A stretch of DNA of 44,726 nucleotides from Candidatus Flemingiibacterium sp. GTDB lineage: Bacteria > Bacillota > Clostridia > Oscillospirales > CAG-272. Location: the NCBI GenBank assembly GCA_045649205.1, contig JAZRPJ010000179.1, positions 1-44,726 on the forward strand, written 5' to 3'. The notes under the pieces are model-generated. The model was given only the letters and a program-made list of their open reading frames with translations. It did not search any database and was not told the origin of the DNA. This document shows positions 1-9,104 of the stretch, one piece after another. The number at the start of each line of letters is the position of its first letter. The stretch's first letter is position 1. The position numbers and the translations under genes were made by a program.

Positions 1-562
1 ATTCCCTGGATAGCTCGATGGAGCGCTTATACCCTTCCCGTTTTTTGAAATCCGATGGGAGATAGGCAACGCCGTATTTCTTCGCCATCTCCTCCCCGAT
101 TTCGTTCAGCTTCTCCGCGTTTTTGTGGGGGCTTACCGTTAAGGTCGTGGCAAAATAATCGTATTCACCACTGTGCTCACACATATATTTTGCGGTTTCT
201 TCAAGCCGCAGACGGTAACATAAAAAGCACCTTCCCCCGCCCTCCGGGAGAGCTTCAAGTCCTTCCGATATTCGGTAAAATTCTGATGACTCCATAGGAC
301 AGACAACCGTTTCAATAGGATTGTCATGGGGAATCAGACTCACAAATCGCAGCAGCTCATCAGCCCGTTTTTTGTATTCGGACGGATCGGTTATGTTGGG
401 ATTGCAGAAGAAAAGTGTGATATCGAAGTAATGCGTCAGGTACTCAAGCACGTAGCTGGCACAAGGTGCACAGCAGGCATGAAGCAACAGTTTCGGCGTT
501 TTTTTCGCCGACACCGCCCGCTCTATTTCTTTTTCAAGCAAAAGTTGATAATTAATTTTCAT
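1..562 (-). CDS. queH: Epoxyqueuosine reductase QueH (DUF208), 3' end cut by window edge
   Basis: Absent from the ORF track because it runs off the left edge. My minus-strand translation from the ATG at 562-560 gives MKINYQLLLEKEIERAVSAKKTPKLLLHACCAPCASYVLEYL...GGGRCFLCYRLRLEETA...TTLTVSPHKN. The HACCAPC and CxxC motifs are typical of QueH. Confidence 0.85.
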   Translation of the reverse strand, partial: MKINYQLLLEKEIERAVSAKKTPKLLLHACCAPCASYVLEYLTHYFDITLFFCNPNITDPSEYKKRADELLRFVSLIPHDNPIETVVCPMESSEFYRISEGLEALPEGGGRCFLCYRLRLEETAKYMCEHSGEYDYFATTLTVSPHKNAEKLNEIGEEMAKKYGVAYLPSDFKKREGYKRSIELSRE

Positions 563-568
563 TTTCTT

Positions 569-574
569 ATTATA
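569..574 (-). promoter_or_regulatory. -10 box placed for a leaderless queH transcript
   Basis: TATAAT (minus strand) ends 6 nt upstream of the queH ATG. No Shine-Dalgarno sequence lies in between. The -35 (TTTCAA) is weak. Confidence 0.3.
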
Positions 575-590
575 TTTTCTCGTTTTTGTA

Positions 591-619
591 TTGAAATCAT
601 TTTGGTTTTGTGTTATAAT
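591..619 (+). promoter_or_regulatory. Sigma-A-type promoter for the SGNH hydrolase gene
   Basis: TTGAAA (591-596), 17-nt spacer, TATAAT (614-619), with a TGn extended -10. Confidence 0.5.
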
Positions 620-684
620 AAAGGTGTATGCGATAGTGTATTGCATACCAATTATTTCGAAAGTCCAACTGCGGAGGTGATGTC

Positions 685-1683
685 TTGAACAATCGCGGCA
701 CCGAAAAGATTTATCCCATAAATGCTAATAATACACAGAAAAATCACAATTCGGACAAGCCCTCCGAGGACAGCACCAAAAAAGGGATTCCGTCCTATGT
801 CCTGATAATTGAGTTGGTCCTTTCTGTACTTTTGGTTGCTTTTGCCGCTTTGTCGGTAGTTCTGCTCACCGAAAGCAATACTCATGAATCGGCTGATTGG
901 CATCTTCCCATCACGCTCGAAAAAGAGATACATCTTGAAAATTGCACTCCCATTGACGTAAGCGAAATCCCCGAATCTTACATGGATTCCTTTCCGCTTT
1001 ACGATTTTACGCTCCCAGTACCCGAAAGTGAGCCGGTAGATTACAGCTACTTTAATGATACAGTTTTTATCGGTGATTCGCGCACACAAGGACTGCTTCT
1101 TTATTCAAAACTGACACCCAAATTTAATTTCGCCGCCCAGGGGGCAACCACTCAGTCAATACGCACTAAGCCCTACATTGCGCTGCACGACGGCGATGCT
1201 CAAACAACATACAGTACTACCCATACATTATATACATTATCGGAAGCTCTTACCGCAATTGACGGACAGTATAAAGCCATCTACATCTCCGCCGGAGTCA
1301 ATGAGCTTGGTTGGAACACAAATATATTCACAGATTCCTTCAGATCATTGATACTGGCCATCCGTGAGCATACGAATGTACCGATTTACATTCAGCTTAT
1401 TCTTCCCGTAACCGCCGAATACGCCGAAACCTCAATTTACGGCGTCACCAACGAAAAGCAGAGGGAATTCAATAGCCAGCTCACTATGCTTGCCGCCGAG
1501 CTTTCAGTATTCTTCCTTGACCCGTGCCCCGCCTTTTCACTTGAAGACGGTTCTTTAAATCCCGAATATGCATCCTTCGACGGCGCGCACCTCTCTCCTG
1601 CCGCTAACAAAATGATTGCGGAGTATTATTTAAATCACGTTGTCGATGCCGGGGCATACTCAAATTTGCATTACGAAAAATAG
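685..1683 (+). CDS. Membrane-anchored SGNH/GDSL-family hydrolase
   Basis: TTG start 7 nt after GGAGG (673-677). N-terminal TM helix (VLIIELVLSVLLVAFAALSVVLL). SGNH blocks FIGDSRT, GVNELG and DGAHL (Asp-x-x-His). Confidence 0.7.
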   Translation: MNNRGTEKIYPINANNTQKNHNSDKPSEDSTKKGIPSYVLIIELVLSVLLVAFAALSVVLLTESNTHESADWHLPITLEKEIHLENCTPIDVSEIPESYMDSFPLYDFTLPVPESEPVDYSYFNDTVFIGDSRTQGLLLYSKLTPKFNFAAQGATTQSIRTKPYIALHDGDAQTTYSTTHTLYTLSEALTAIDGQYKAIYISAGVNELGWNTNIFTDSFRSLILAIREHTNVPIYIQLILPVTAEYAETSIYGVTNEKQREFNSQLTMLAAELSVFFLDPCPAFSLEDGSLNPEYASFDGAHLSPAANKMIAEYYLNHVVDAGAYSNLHYEK

Positions 1684-1704
1684 CAATTATGTTAATATTA
1701 TTTT

Positions 1705-1737
1705 CCCGAACAGCGAGTGCTGTTCGGGAATTTTTTC
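1705..1737 (+). terminator. Intrinsic terminator after the SGNH hydrolase gene
   Basis: CCCGAACAG-cgagtg-CTGTTCGGG followed by AATTTTTTC. Confidence 0.6.
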
Positions 1738-2155
1738 ACTTTCTCTTACTGTCAAGATAATTTTGGAGTATGATCTGCGCCGACAGTGTATCTACAGCCG
1801 CTTTGCGCTTTTTTCCCCTGGTATCGGTGAGATTTAAAATCTGATGCGCCGCCATGGTACTGCACCGCTCATCGAACATCTCCACGGTCAGTCCCGTAGC
1901 TGCCTCAAGTGCCGCCGCAAATTCCTTTGCGTGCTCGGCTCGGGGACCGTGAGTTCCGTTCATGTTAATGGGGAGTCCCACAACTATTCTTGCCGCACCG
2001 TACTCCTTAGCCTTTTCGGCAACAAGCTCTACTGTCTTCGGCATATATGTTGAATTCACATACCCGATTCCTCCGGCAAGCATGCCGAGCGTATCGCTTA
2101 TGGCAAGTCCGGTTCGCGTATCGCCAAAATCCACGCCAAGTATTCTATCTGCCAT
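1736..2155 (-). CDS. ruvX: Holliday junction resolvase-like / pre-16S rRNA nuclease RuvX (YqgF)
   Basis: RILGVDFGDTRTGLAISD N-terminal motif and the size are typical of YqgF. The ATG at 2155 follows GGAG by 7 nt. The track ORF start at 2167 lies inside that RBS. Confidence 0.88.
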   Translation of the reverse strand: MADRILGVDFGDTRTGLAISDTLGMLAGGIGYVNSTYMPKTVELVAEKAKEYGAARIVVGLPINMNGTHGPRAEHAKEFAAALEAATGLTVEMFDERCSTMAAHQILNLTDTRGKKRKAAVDTLSAQIILQNYLDSKRK

Positions 2156-2168
2156 GAATATCTCCATT

Positions 2169-3104
2169 CTATAAGATTATTTCACGCTCTTTTATAAATT
2201 CAGCAACCTCCGATAAGGTCGGGATAGAGCTTGATGCGCCCGCCTTGCTAACCACCATACTGCCGATGACATTAGCATATTTCACTGCTCCCACAATATC
2301 GCCGGATTTAAGGTATTCGAGAGCCATAGCCGCTGTAAAAGCGTCCCCTGCGGCAGTTGTGTCTACCGCATCACATTCGTAAGGGGTAATAAGTCTGGAA
2401 TATTTGCCGTCGTGTATGTATGCTCCTCGCTCTCCTAATTTTATGACCACATATTTAGTCTGAACCTTTTGCATCAGTACAGTAGATGCGCGAAGACAGT
2501 TATCCATACTGCTTGGCATTATTCCCGTAAGCGCATAGGTTTCGCTCTCGTTGGGGGATATAACTTCAAGGGGAGCAAGCTGGTCAAGAGGATATCCGGC
2601 ATAGGCAGGACCTGCATCAACAAATACAGGAATTCTTTTCTCATAAGCGAAATGTGTCGCTGCAATTACCGCCTTTTCCGGGATTTCAAACTGCAAAAGC
2701 ACGCCATCCGGAAGTGTAGTCATCGCATCCTCAACGTCTGCCGGAGAAAGCCGTTCATTCGCCCCCGGATACACCACAATACGGTTGTCGCCGTTTTCTT
2801 CAACGATGATTGCCGCAAGTCCGGTGGATGCCTTTTTATCAAGCTGTACGAAGCGGGTATCAATACCGTTTTCACTGTAGAGAGCACGAAGGCGCTGTCC
2901 GTTCACATCGTTTCCGAGCCTCGCGCAGAAAATACAGTCGCCGCCAAGTCTTGAAATGGTAATGGCGGAATTTGCGCCCTTCCCTCCCGGAACATAAGCA
3001 TATCCGCGCCGTTCAATAACGGTACGTCCTGCCTCGGGCATTTTACCGACATTCATCACAAAATCCATGTTTGCACTGCTGACAACAAGAACTCTTTTCT
3101 TCAT
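2169..3104 (-). CDS. rbsK: Ribokinase-family (PfkB) sugar kinase, probable ribokinase
   Basis: VPGGKGANSA (ribokinase GGKGANQA-like motif) and DTTAAGDAF PfkB signature. It is collinear by eye with B. subtilis RbsK. The ATG at 3104 is preceded by GGAGGC; the track start at 3143 is an upstream extension. Confidence 0.75.
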   Translation of the reverse strand: MKKRVLVVSSANMDFVMNVGKMPEAGRTVIERRGYAYVPGGKGANSAITISRLGGDCIFCARLGNDVNGQRLRALYSENGIDTRFVQLDKKASTGLAAIIVEENGDNRIVVYPGANERLSPADVEDAMTTLPDGVLLQFEIPEKAVIAATHFAYEKRIPVFVDAGPAYAGYPLDQLAPLEVISPNESETYALTGIMPSSMDNCLRASTVLMQKVQTKYVVIKLGERGAYIHDGKYSRLITPYECDAVDTTAAGDAFTAAMALEYLKSGDIVGAVKYANVIGSMVVSKAGASSSIPTLSEVAEFIKEREIIL

Positions 3105-3139
3105 AAAAACGCCTCCTCTCTTCATAGAAACGGTTTCGA

Positions 3140-4306
3140 TCAATACTCGTAAACCTTGCCGCCGTCCTTGATCGTCACTTTATTTTTTCCGTCGGCGGAG
3201 GCTTCGGTGTAACCTACGATCTTAGCCTCAACACCGTACTTTTTAGCTACTGAAATCATATATTCCGCATCATCTGCCGAGCAGTAAAGCTCCATTCGAT
3301 GCCCCATATTGAATACCTGATACATCTCCGCATCTCCGATATCGGAGTTTTCCTTGATTGCCGCAAAGAGCGGAGGGGTATCGAAAAGATTATCCTTGAC
3401 ATAATGGATACCGCGGCCGAAATTCTTGCACTTTGCCTGACCGCCGCCGGTGCAGTGAATCATGCCGTGAACGGCGGAACGCTTATTGTCAAGGATCTCC
3501 TTGATTATGGGCGCGTATGTGCGAGTAGGTGAAAGAATAGCGTCAACAACGGATATATCGGTGCCGGGAAGAATATCGTTTACACCGTATTTTCCACAAT
3601 ATACCTTGGATATGTCAATGGTATTTGAATAGGTTTCGGGATACTTTTCCGCATAGTCGTGGGAAAGGAGAAGATGCCGTGCGGCAGTAAGTCCGTTGGA
3701 GCCCATTCCGGCATTGTATGCCTTTTCATAGCTTGCCTTGCCGTAGGAGGCAAAGCCCACGATAACATCCCCGGCTTTAATATTGTCGCAGTCGATGACA
3801 TCGCTTCTCTTAAGTCTTACGAAGAATGTGGAGTCTACGATAAGTGTAGAAACAAGATCACCGACATCAGCGGTTTCTCCGCCCGCCATGGTGATGCCAA
3901 CGCCGTATTTGCCCAGCATTTCGCAGAAATCGGTATATCCGTCGATTACCGCCTTAATACCTGCGCCGTTTACGCGGTGAGCATTTCTTCCGATGGTATT
4001 GGAAAGAACGAAGCCATCGGTAGCACCGATGCACAGAAGGTCATCTAAGTTCATTACCACTGAGTCCTGGGCAATATTGTAAAGGGCGGAAATATCTCCG
4101 GTTTCCTTGTATTTTATGTAAGCAAGAGAGGATTTCGTTCCTGCGCCGTCAGCGTGCATGGCAGCACAGTATTCGGGGTCACCGCAGGGATCGGGGATTA
4201 TTTTGCAGAAGCTTCCCGGGAAAACTCCCTTATCCTGATTTGAAATGGCGCTGTGCACCTCGGTTTTGGTTGCGGAAACACCGCGGGATGAATAAGCATC
4301 AGACAT
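3140..4306 (-). CDS. AIR synthase-related (PurM superfamily) protein, long non-canonical form
   Basis: MHADGAGTKSS matches the PurM DG(V/A)GTK motif. N-terminus is YSSRGVSATKTEVHSAI. The 388-aa length resembles the long PurM-like proteins of Bacteroides/Clostridia. RBS AAAGGAG lies 9 nt upstream. Confidence 0.65.
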   Translation of the reverse strand: MSDAYSSRGVSATKTEVHSAISNQDKGVFPGSFCKIIPDPCGDPEYCAAMHADGAGTKSSLAYIKYKETGDISALYNIAQDSVVMNLDDLLCIGATDGFVLSNTIGRNAHRVNGAGIKAVIDGYTDFCEMLGKYGVGITMAGGETADVGDLVSTLIVDSTFFVRLKRSDVIDCDNIKAGDVIVGFASYGKASYEKAYNAGMGSNGLTAARHLLLSHDYAEKYPETYSNTIDISKVYCGKYGVNDILPGTDISVVDAILSPTRTYAPIIKEILDNKRSAVHGMIHCTGGGQAKCKNFGRGIHYVKDNLFDTPPLFAAIKENSDIGDAEMYQVFNMGHRMELYCSADDAEYMISVAKKYGVEAKIVGYTEASADGKNKVTIKDGGKVYEY

Positions 4307-4332
4307 ATTTATTTTCTCCTTTAGAATGATTT

Positions 4333-4878
4333 TTATAAATTAGTTTCCACCGCTTTTGTGGAGTTTGGGTAGCAGGTTACATCGAGAATCCGCTGATTAC
4401 GGCTTCCTCGGAATTTTAAATCAAGGTCACGCTCCGAAAGTATAAAGCGACCGTCTACAAGATAGTTGGTTCTTGAGAGAAGCTCCTTTACCGAGGGTTC
4501 GGTGTTGCATTTTTTTAGAAGCTGCTCATATGTAAATCCGCTATAGGTCATTATATCAAGCCCAGCCGCTATGGCTTTTTCGGCGATTACCGCGAGCTCA
4601 TGCCCCCATAGGAACGGCTCGCCGCCGCTGAAGGTTATTCCCCGAAGCAGTGGATTTTTTGAAATGTCCTTCCACAGTTTTTCTGTGGTTGTGAGCTTCC
4701 CTCCGTCATAGGAATGAGATGCCGGATTATGACACCCCGGGCAACGGTGCGGACACCCCTGAACAAATATTACATATCTGTTCCCGGGGCCGTCAACTAT
4801 TGATTCTTTTGCCACTCCGTGAAGGCGTATAGGCAAATTTTCAATAGGTGCATCGGGGGTTAAACTTCTTTTAAGCAT
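4333..4878 (-). CDS. nrdG: Anaerobic ribonucleoside-triphosphate reductase activating protein (radical SAM)
   Basis: DGPGNRYVIFVQGCPHRCPGCHNP (CxxxCxxC cluster motif), GGEP and FRGSRNQRILDV are NrdG hallmarks. The ATG at 4878 follows GGAG by 7 nt and sits 1 nt after the upstream stop. The longer track ORF (to 4959) overlaps the upstream gene. Confidence 0.85.
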   Translation of the reverse strand: MLKRSLTPDAPIENLPIRLHGVAKESIVDGPGNRYVIFVQGCPHRCPGCHNPASHSYDGGKLTTTEKLWKDISKNPLLRGITFSGGEPFLWGHELAVIAEKAIAAGLDIMTYSGFTYEQLLKKCNTEPSVKELLSRTNYLVDGRFILSERDLDLKFRGSRNQRILDVTCYPNSTKAVETNL

Positions 4879-4879
4879 T

Positions 4880-7800
4880 CTATTTCTCCACTCGTTTTTT
4901 ACGGCTGAGCAGCGCCACAGCAACTCCGGTTGCCACTGCAATAATAAGTCCGCCGCCAAGCCACATATAAGGACTGTAATCCTTGCCGTCCGGGCTGCGT
5001 TTTTTCAGCCGTTCTTCAAGCACTACACTTTCAAGGGATTCGTTGTTATATTCTTCCGAAAGACCGACGATCTCCTTTACACGCAGCTCCCAAACATCAC
5101 ATTCCTCGCAGTCAACGAGAATTTTCAGCACCTCGGTATCCTTTGCATTTTTGAAATCGTCAATGTTAAAGTATACCTCTGTCCACTGTCCGGCAGTTAC
5201 TTCCGCTTCAGCCTCAAAGCGCTCATCGGAAGAAGTGAGTATCAACTTAACCGGAACTTTTCCCCTCTCGCTCATGCCTGTGCCGTCAATTCTCAAATTA
5301 ACGCCTATCCATGACATAAACTCAAAATTCTCCGTGTACTGAAACTCTGTAAATATTCCGAAAACAGAGGGTACAACATCCGCATCATCATTCAAAGTCA
5401 CGGACAAAACCGTATCCATTAGTGCGTCATCCACGAGTAAATATTTCAAATCATGGTAGGTCGCCTTAACGCCGGAAGCACCAACTGCGGTGCTAAAATC
5501 ATAAAGCTTATATTGTCCCATTATCTTTTCGGGAAGCTGATAGGAAACGCCGCCTTCATTAAAAAGCTTTTTCGGAAGTTTATTTTCGTCAAAGTCCCTG
5601 ATAATCTCGGCGAAGCTGTCTGCTTCGAGCATAGCAAGCGCAGGCTCCAAAAGAAGCTCTGACTTTGTCGTGTCAATCATTTTAACAGCTTCGGAAAGGC
5701 CTGCAGATCTTCCCGCAGATACGGCTATATAGCCGTCAACCGTATCATCGAAAAATGCAGTAAAATAGCCTACCACATAGTCTTTAAGAAGCAGTCCCAA
5801 ATACTTATTCTGCTTTTTGTATATTTCATCGCAGAAAATCGAATTATACTTTAAGCCGCCATGCTCCTGAATAAATGATTTTAACACCTCATAGTCAGAA
5901 ACGGAAATATATATTCCGTCTTTAGCCTTATCTGTGCGGTAAAAAGACTCAACACACAGCCCGAAATAACGGTTTCCGTACTCGGATGCTGCATTAAAAA
6001 GCACCGTGAGGTATTCCAATAAGGGAAGTTCATCCGTATTTGTCAAAATATCGCGCGAAAACAAATCGCTGACTGACAGATATACACGGGCGTCCGCGTT
6101 GTGCCTTAAAAGATTTATTGAGATCTTTCGCAGCGTTTCCGCACATTCAGCCGCCATTTCACCGATATTGTCCCATTCACCCACAAAGTTCTCGCCATAC
6201 CCTAAAATCACGCCGCATACACGTCCGTCGGCGATCCACTTTTCGGATATATACGAGCTGACAGCGCCGACATAATCAACACCGTAAGAAGGCCAAAGAT
6301 CACCACCGTCAGGCAAAGCCACATGATGACGGGTACGGTTTGTAAGGCGTATAAGCACTGAAGTACCGCTTTTTGACATCATATTTACAAGCGTTTCTAT
6401 TTTTGCGGTATATTCCCCGTTAAGATAATACTCTTCGCCGTTGTAGACATAAGATACCCCATCCGTTCTGTCAAGAAAAGCGGAAAGCATATCAAATTCC
6501 AATACGGTAATGCCTGTATCAGCGTCAGTAACAAGTGATAAATCGTCGGTATAGAACCCTTTTGCGTCAACGGGAAATTCATAGAAATTCTCTGCAAGTG
6601 CCCCGAGATTTTCCACGCAGACCGGTGCTGACACAAGATGATACCCTCCACCTTCTGTTACAATAACCGCTATGTATCTTTCAAGCATGGATAATTTCAA
6701 GCCCGTTGGTATATTCCATGTGAAATCAAATTTTGTGCTCATCGCCCCTTCTATAACAGGCGTCATTTCTTCAAGATCCAAAGTGTGTGAGAATTTCCCA
6801 TCAAGCTTATAAATTTTAATCTTTCCGTTCTGATTTTCAAGTGCGGTTTCACGGTTTATCTCGCCCGAGAAACCGATAGACTGCAAACCATCATTTATAC
6901 GGCAGGAAAGACTTCCGTGAGTATCGTATGCCGTAACCTCCGGCATAAATGTGACTCCCAGAGATATAAGTTCGATTCTGCCTATTTCCTCACCGAACAT
7001 TAAACTCACACTTGTAATTTGACCTGCATCGCGAATTGGTATGTAATAAAATTTTGCATCGGAATTGGGTTCTATGGGCACTACAATGCTCTTGTTCTCG
7101 CTCACCGCCCGTTCATCCGTAACCGAATAGTAAAGGGTAAAGTAATCGCCGTCTGTATAATTTGCTAGTCTGATACGAAGGCAGTTAACATCATAATTCA
7201 GTGCAGGCATAAAAAGCGGGGCAGAAACGGTAACACCGCTTGACGAGCTTGAGAATACAGAGATTTTATCCTTGCCGACGGAAAGATCTGCCGTGCCGCC
7301 CTCTACGGTATAGCTGTCAAAAAGGAACCGTTCCACCATTTCTGTATCCGCAACACCGAAGGCTACAATATCATCAATATAAAAGCTGTCCGTAACTACC
7401 GATGAAAGCGAGGTATCAACGATAAATGCCATCTCTAAAGATGAAACCCGAGAGCGTCCGCTAAATGAGCTTATATCGAATATCACTGTATGCCACATCC
7501 CCGGTTCGACAACGTCAATGCTTTCAAAGGTACGTCCGTCATGGGAATGTAAAATAAAACGGGCATAATAAACTGCCGCATCGTCCTCAACGTACTTCGG
7601 AACAAATATGTTATACGAGATTTTTCTAAAAGCGGAAAGATCCTCCGGTTGGGAAAAGTCCTTAACTACACTTCGCAGAGAATTTATCGGAATGGCGCTT
7701 GATTTTACTTCAAGGCAGGATTCGATTTCTCCGTCCCCCAAATCGAAATCTGCTCTTTCAGCACTGACAGTGTTCCCGTTCGCTACAAAGCCGTCAGCAG

Positions 7801-7930
7801 AGTTATCAAAATCGGCAATATACATGTCACTTCCCGGCGCAGCTCCGACCGTGAGGGGCAACAACATCGGCAAAGCTGCTAATATTACAATAAATGACAG
7901 CATCCTTACCGCAAAAAATATCTTTTTCAA
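4880..7930 (-). CDS. Large exported, C-terminally membrane-anchored protein of unknown function
   Basis: 1016-aa uninterrupted ORF with a TTG start 7 nt after GAGAGGA. Signal peptide MKKIFFAVRMLSFIVILAALPMLLPLTVGA/AP. C-terminal TM helix plus basic tail (GGGLIIAVATGVAVALLSRKKRVEK). N- and C-terminal modules share a W-x-x-V-x-F-x-I-x-x-F signature (GMWHTVIFDISSF and GQWTEVYFNIDDF). No catalytic motif recognised. Confidence 0.6.
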   Translation of the reverse strand: MKKIFFAVRMLSFIVILAALPMLLPLTVGAAPGSDMYIADFDNSADGFVANGNTVSAERADFDLGDGEIESCLEVKSSAIPINSLRSVVKDFSQPEDLSAFRKISYNIFVPKYVEDDAAVYYARFILHSHDGRTFESIDVVEPGMWHTVIFDISSFSGRSRVSSLEMAFIVDTSLSSVVTDSFYIDDIVAFGVADTEMVERFLFDSYTVEGGTADLSVGKDKISVFSSSSSGVTVSAPLFMPALNYDVNCLRIRLANYTDGDYFTLYYSVTDERAVSENKSIVVPIEPNSDAKFYYIPIRDAGQITSVSLMFGEEIGRIELISLGVTFMPEVTAYDTHGSLSCRINDGLQSIGFSGEINRETALENQNGKIKIYKLDGKFSHTLDLEEMTPVIEGAMSTKFDFTWNIPTGLKLSMLERYIAVIVTEGGGYHLVSAPVCVENLGALAENFYEFPVDAKGFYTDDLSLVTDADTGITVLEFDMLSAFLDRTDGVSYVYNGEEYYLNGEYTAKIETLVNMMSKSGTSVLIRLTNRTRHHVALPDGGDLWPSYGVDYVGAVSSYISEKWIADGRVCGVILGYGENFVGEWDNIGEMAAECAETLRKISINLLRHNADARVYLSVSDLFSRDILTNTDELPLLEYLTVLFNAASEYGNRYFGLCVESFYRTDKAKDGIYISVSDYEVLKSFIQEHGGLKYNSIFCDEIYKKQNKYLGLLLKDYVVGYFTAFFDDTVDGYIAVSAGRSAGLSEAVKMIDTTKSELLLEPALAMLEADSFAEIIRDFDENKLPKKLFNEGGVSYQLPEKIMGQYKLYDFSTAVGASGVKATYHDLKYLLVDDALMDTVLSVTLNDDADVVPSVFGIFTEFQYTENFEFMSWIGVNLRIDGTGMSERGKVPVKLILTSSDERFEAEAEVTAGQWTEVYFNIDDFKNAKDTEVLKILVDCEECDVWELRVKEIVGLSEEYNNESLESVVLEERLKKRSPDGKDYSPYMWLGGGLIIAVATGVAVALLSRKKRVEK

Positions 7931-7997
7931 TTTTATGTCCTCTCAATTTCAAGGCTCATTTTTATGTAAAATAACTTTTATAAATATTGCTACTTAT

Positions 7998-8026
7998 ATT
8001 ATATCACGAATTTTATATAAAATCAA
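7998..8026 (-). promoter_or_regulatory. Promoter of the surface protein-nrdG-purM-like-rbsK-ruvX operon
   Basis: On the minus strand: TTGATT (8026-8021), 17 nt, TGaTATAAT (8006-7998). Confidence 0.5.
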
Positions 8027-8046
8027 TATTGTTTGGAGAAAGAATA

Positions 8047-8075
8047 TTGATTTTCCGATAAATTTATGATATAAT
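8047..8075 (+). promoter_or_regulatory. metA promoter
   Basis: TTGATT (8047-8052), 17 nt, TGaTATAAT (8067-8075). The leader is only about 30 nt. Confidence 0.55.
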
Positions 8076-8112
8076 ATATAAAATGTCATTTTTTGATTAC
8101 TTGGAGGTTTCC

Positions 8113-9030
8113 ATGCCAATAAAAATTCCGGCGGCACTGCCCGCTTTTGAAATCCTCGAGAACGAGAATATTTTCATAATGAGCCATTTTCGTGCGGAAC
8201 ATCAGGATATCCGCCCCCTGAAAATCGCAGTGCTCAATCTCATGCCCACAAAAATCACCACCGAAACCCAGCTTATCCGCCTTCTTTCCAACAGCTCCCT
8301 TCAAATTGAATTTACTCTGTTGCAGACCGCAACTCACCGCTCAAAGCATACCCCCGAGGAGCATATGCAGGCGTTTTATAAGAACTTCGACGATGTAAAA
8401 AACGAAAAATTCGACGGTCTTATAATCACCGGTGCACCCGTTGAAAATCTCGACTTCCACGAGGTCACATACTGGGACGAGCTCTGCGATATTATGGAAT
8501 GGTCAAAAACTCACGTCTTCTCTACCCTTCACATCTGCTGGGCGGCGCAGGCAGGACTTTACTATCATTACGGTGTACCGAAGTATCCTCTTGAAAAGAA
8601 AATGTTCGGTGTATTCAAGCATTATGCCCTCAACCAGAATCACCCTATTGTCCGCGGCTTTGATGAGATTTTCAATGCGCCCCACTCCCGTCATACGGGT
8701 ATTGCCGAGGAGGAAATCACAAAGATAAACGAGCTTTCCTTGGTGGCAAAGAGCGATGAGGCAGGACCTTACATAATCGCCGCAAAGGACTCCCGTATGC
8801 TGTTTGTTACAGGTCATTCCGAATATGATTATGACACCTTGGCAAAGGAATATTTCCGTGACCGCGATAAAGGTCTGCCCATTGAAATTCCGGTCAACTA
8901 TTTCCCCGATAACAATCCGGAAAACCGCCCCCCAAATGTTTGGAGAGGGCATGCAAATCTGCTTTTTTCCAACTGGCTCAATTATTTTGTTTATCAAAAC
9001 ACCCCATATGATCTGTCAAGCCTATCATAA
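8113..9030 (+). CDS. metA: Homoserine O-acyltransferase (MetA family)
   Basis: [22 protein letters not shown]-terminus and ...[15 protein letters not shown]... are typical of MetA. The ATG at 8113 is 6 nt after GGAGG (8103-8107). The track start at 8083 is an extension. Confidence 0.9.
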   Translation: MPIKIPAALPAFEILENENIFIMSHFRAEHQDIRPLKIAVLNLMPTKITTETQLIRLLSNSSLQIEFTLLQTATHRSKHTPEEHMQAFYKNFDDVKNEKFDGLIITGAPVENLDFHEVTYWDELCDIMEWSKTHVFSTLHICWAAQAGLYYHYGVPKYPLEKKMFGVFKHYALNQNHPIVRGFDEIFNAPHSRHTGIAEEEITKINELSLVAKSDEAGPYIIAAKDSRMLFVTGHSEYDYDTLAKEYFRDRDKGLPIEIPVNYFPDNNPENRPPNVWRGHANLLFSNWLNYFVYQNTPYDLSSLS

Positions 9031-9053
9031 AAATTTCAATACTGTAAAGAATA

Positions 9054-9085
9054 ATACCGTGGCATATGCCACGGTATATTTTTTC
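9054..9085 (+). terminator. metA intrinsic terminator
   Basis: A perfect 24-nt palindrome (9054-9077, centred on CCGTGGCATATGCCACGG) followed by ATATTTTTT. Confidence 0.7.
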
Positions 9086-9104
9086 GAAAGGACAGATTTA
9101 CCCT

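Noticed and set aside
55-688. Track ORFs 55-297(+), 139-327(-) and 326-688(+) at the left edge.
   Set aside because: They overlap the queH reading frame (1-562, minus strand), which the track omitted because it has no stop inside the window. The QueH motifs make that frame the real one.
4879-4959. N-terminal extensions of track ORFs: nrdG to 4959, rbsK to 3143, gmk to 22053, tilS to 29535, ftsH to 27380, tpiA to 34414, coaX to 41225, ECF-S to 41901, nnr from 38334, metA from 8083, U32 to 38244 and gdpP to 33417.
   Set aside because: In each case an internal start has a proper GGAGG-type RBS and matches the family N-terminus. The extension overlaps the upstream gene, a terminator or a promoter.
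4880-4990. The C-terminal hydrophobic segment plus basic tail of the 1016-aa protein read as a sortase sorting signal.
   Set aside because: No LPXTG-like motif precedes the helix (the sequence there is ...RSPDGKDYSPYMWLGGG...). A simple TM anchor is the more economical reading.
8076-8112. A SAM (S-box) riboswitch or T-box upstream of metA, as is common in Firmicutes.
   Set aside because: The predicted leader from the -10 box (8070-8075) to the ATG (8113) is only about 30 nt. That is far too short for either element, and no S-box-like helices are present in 7931-8112.
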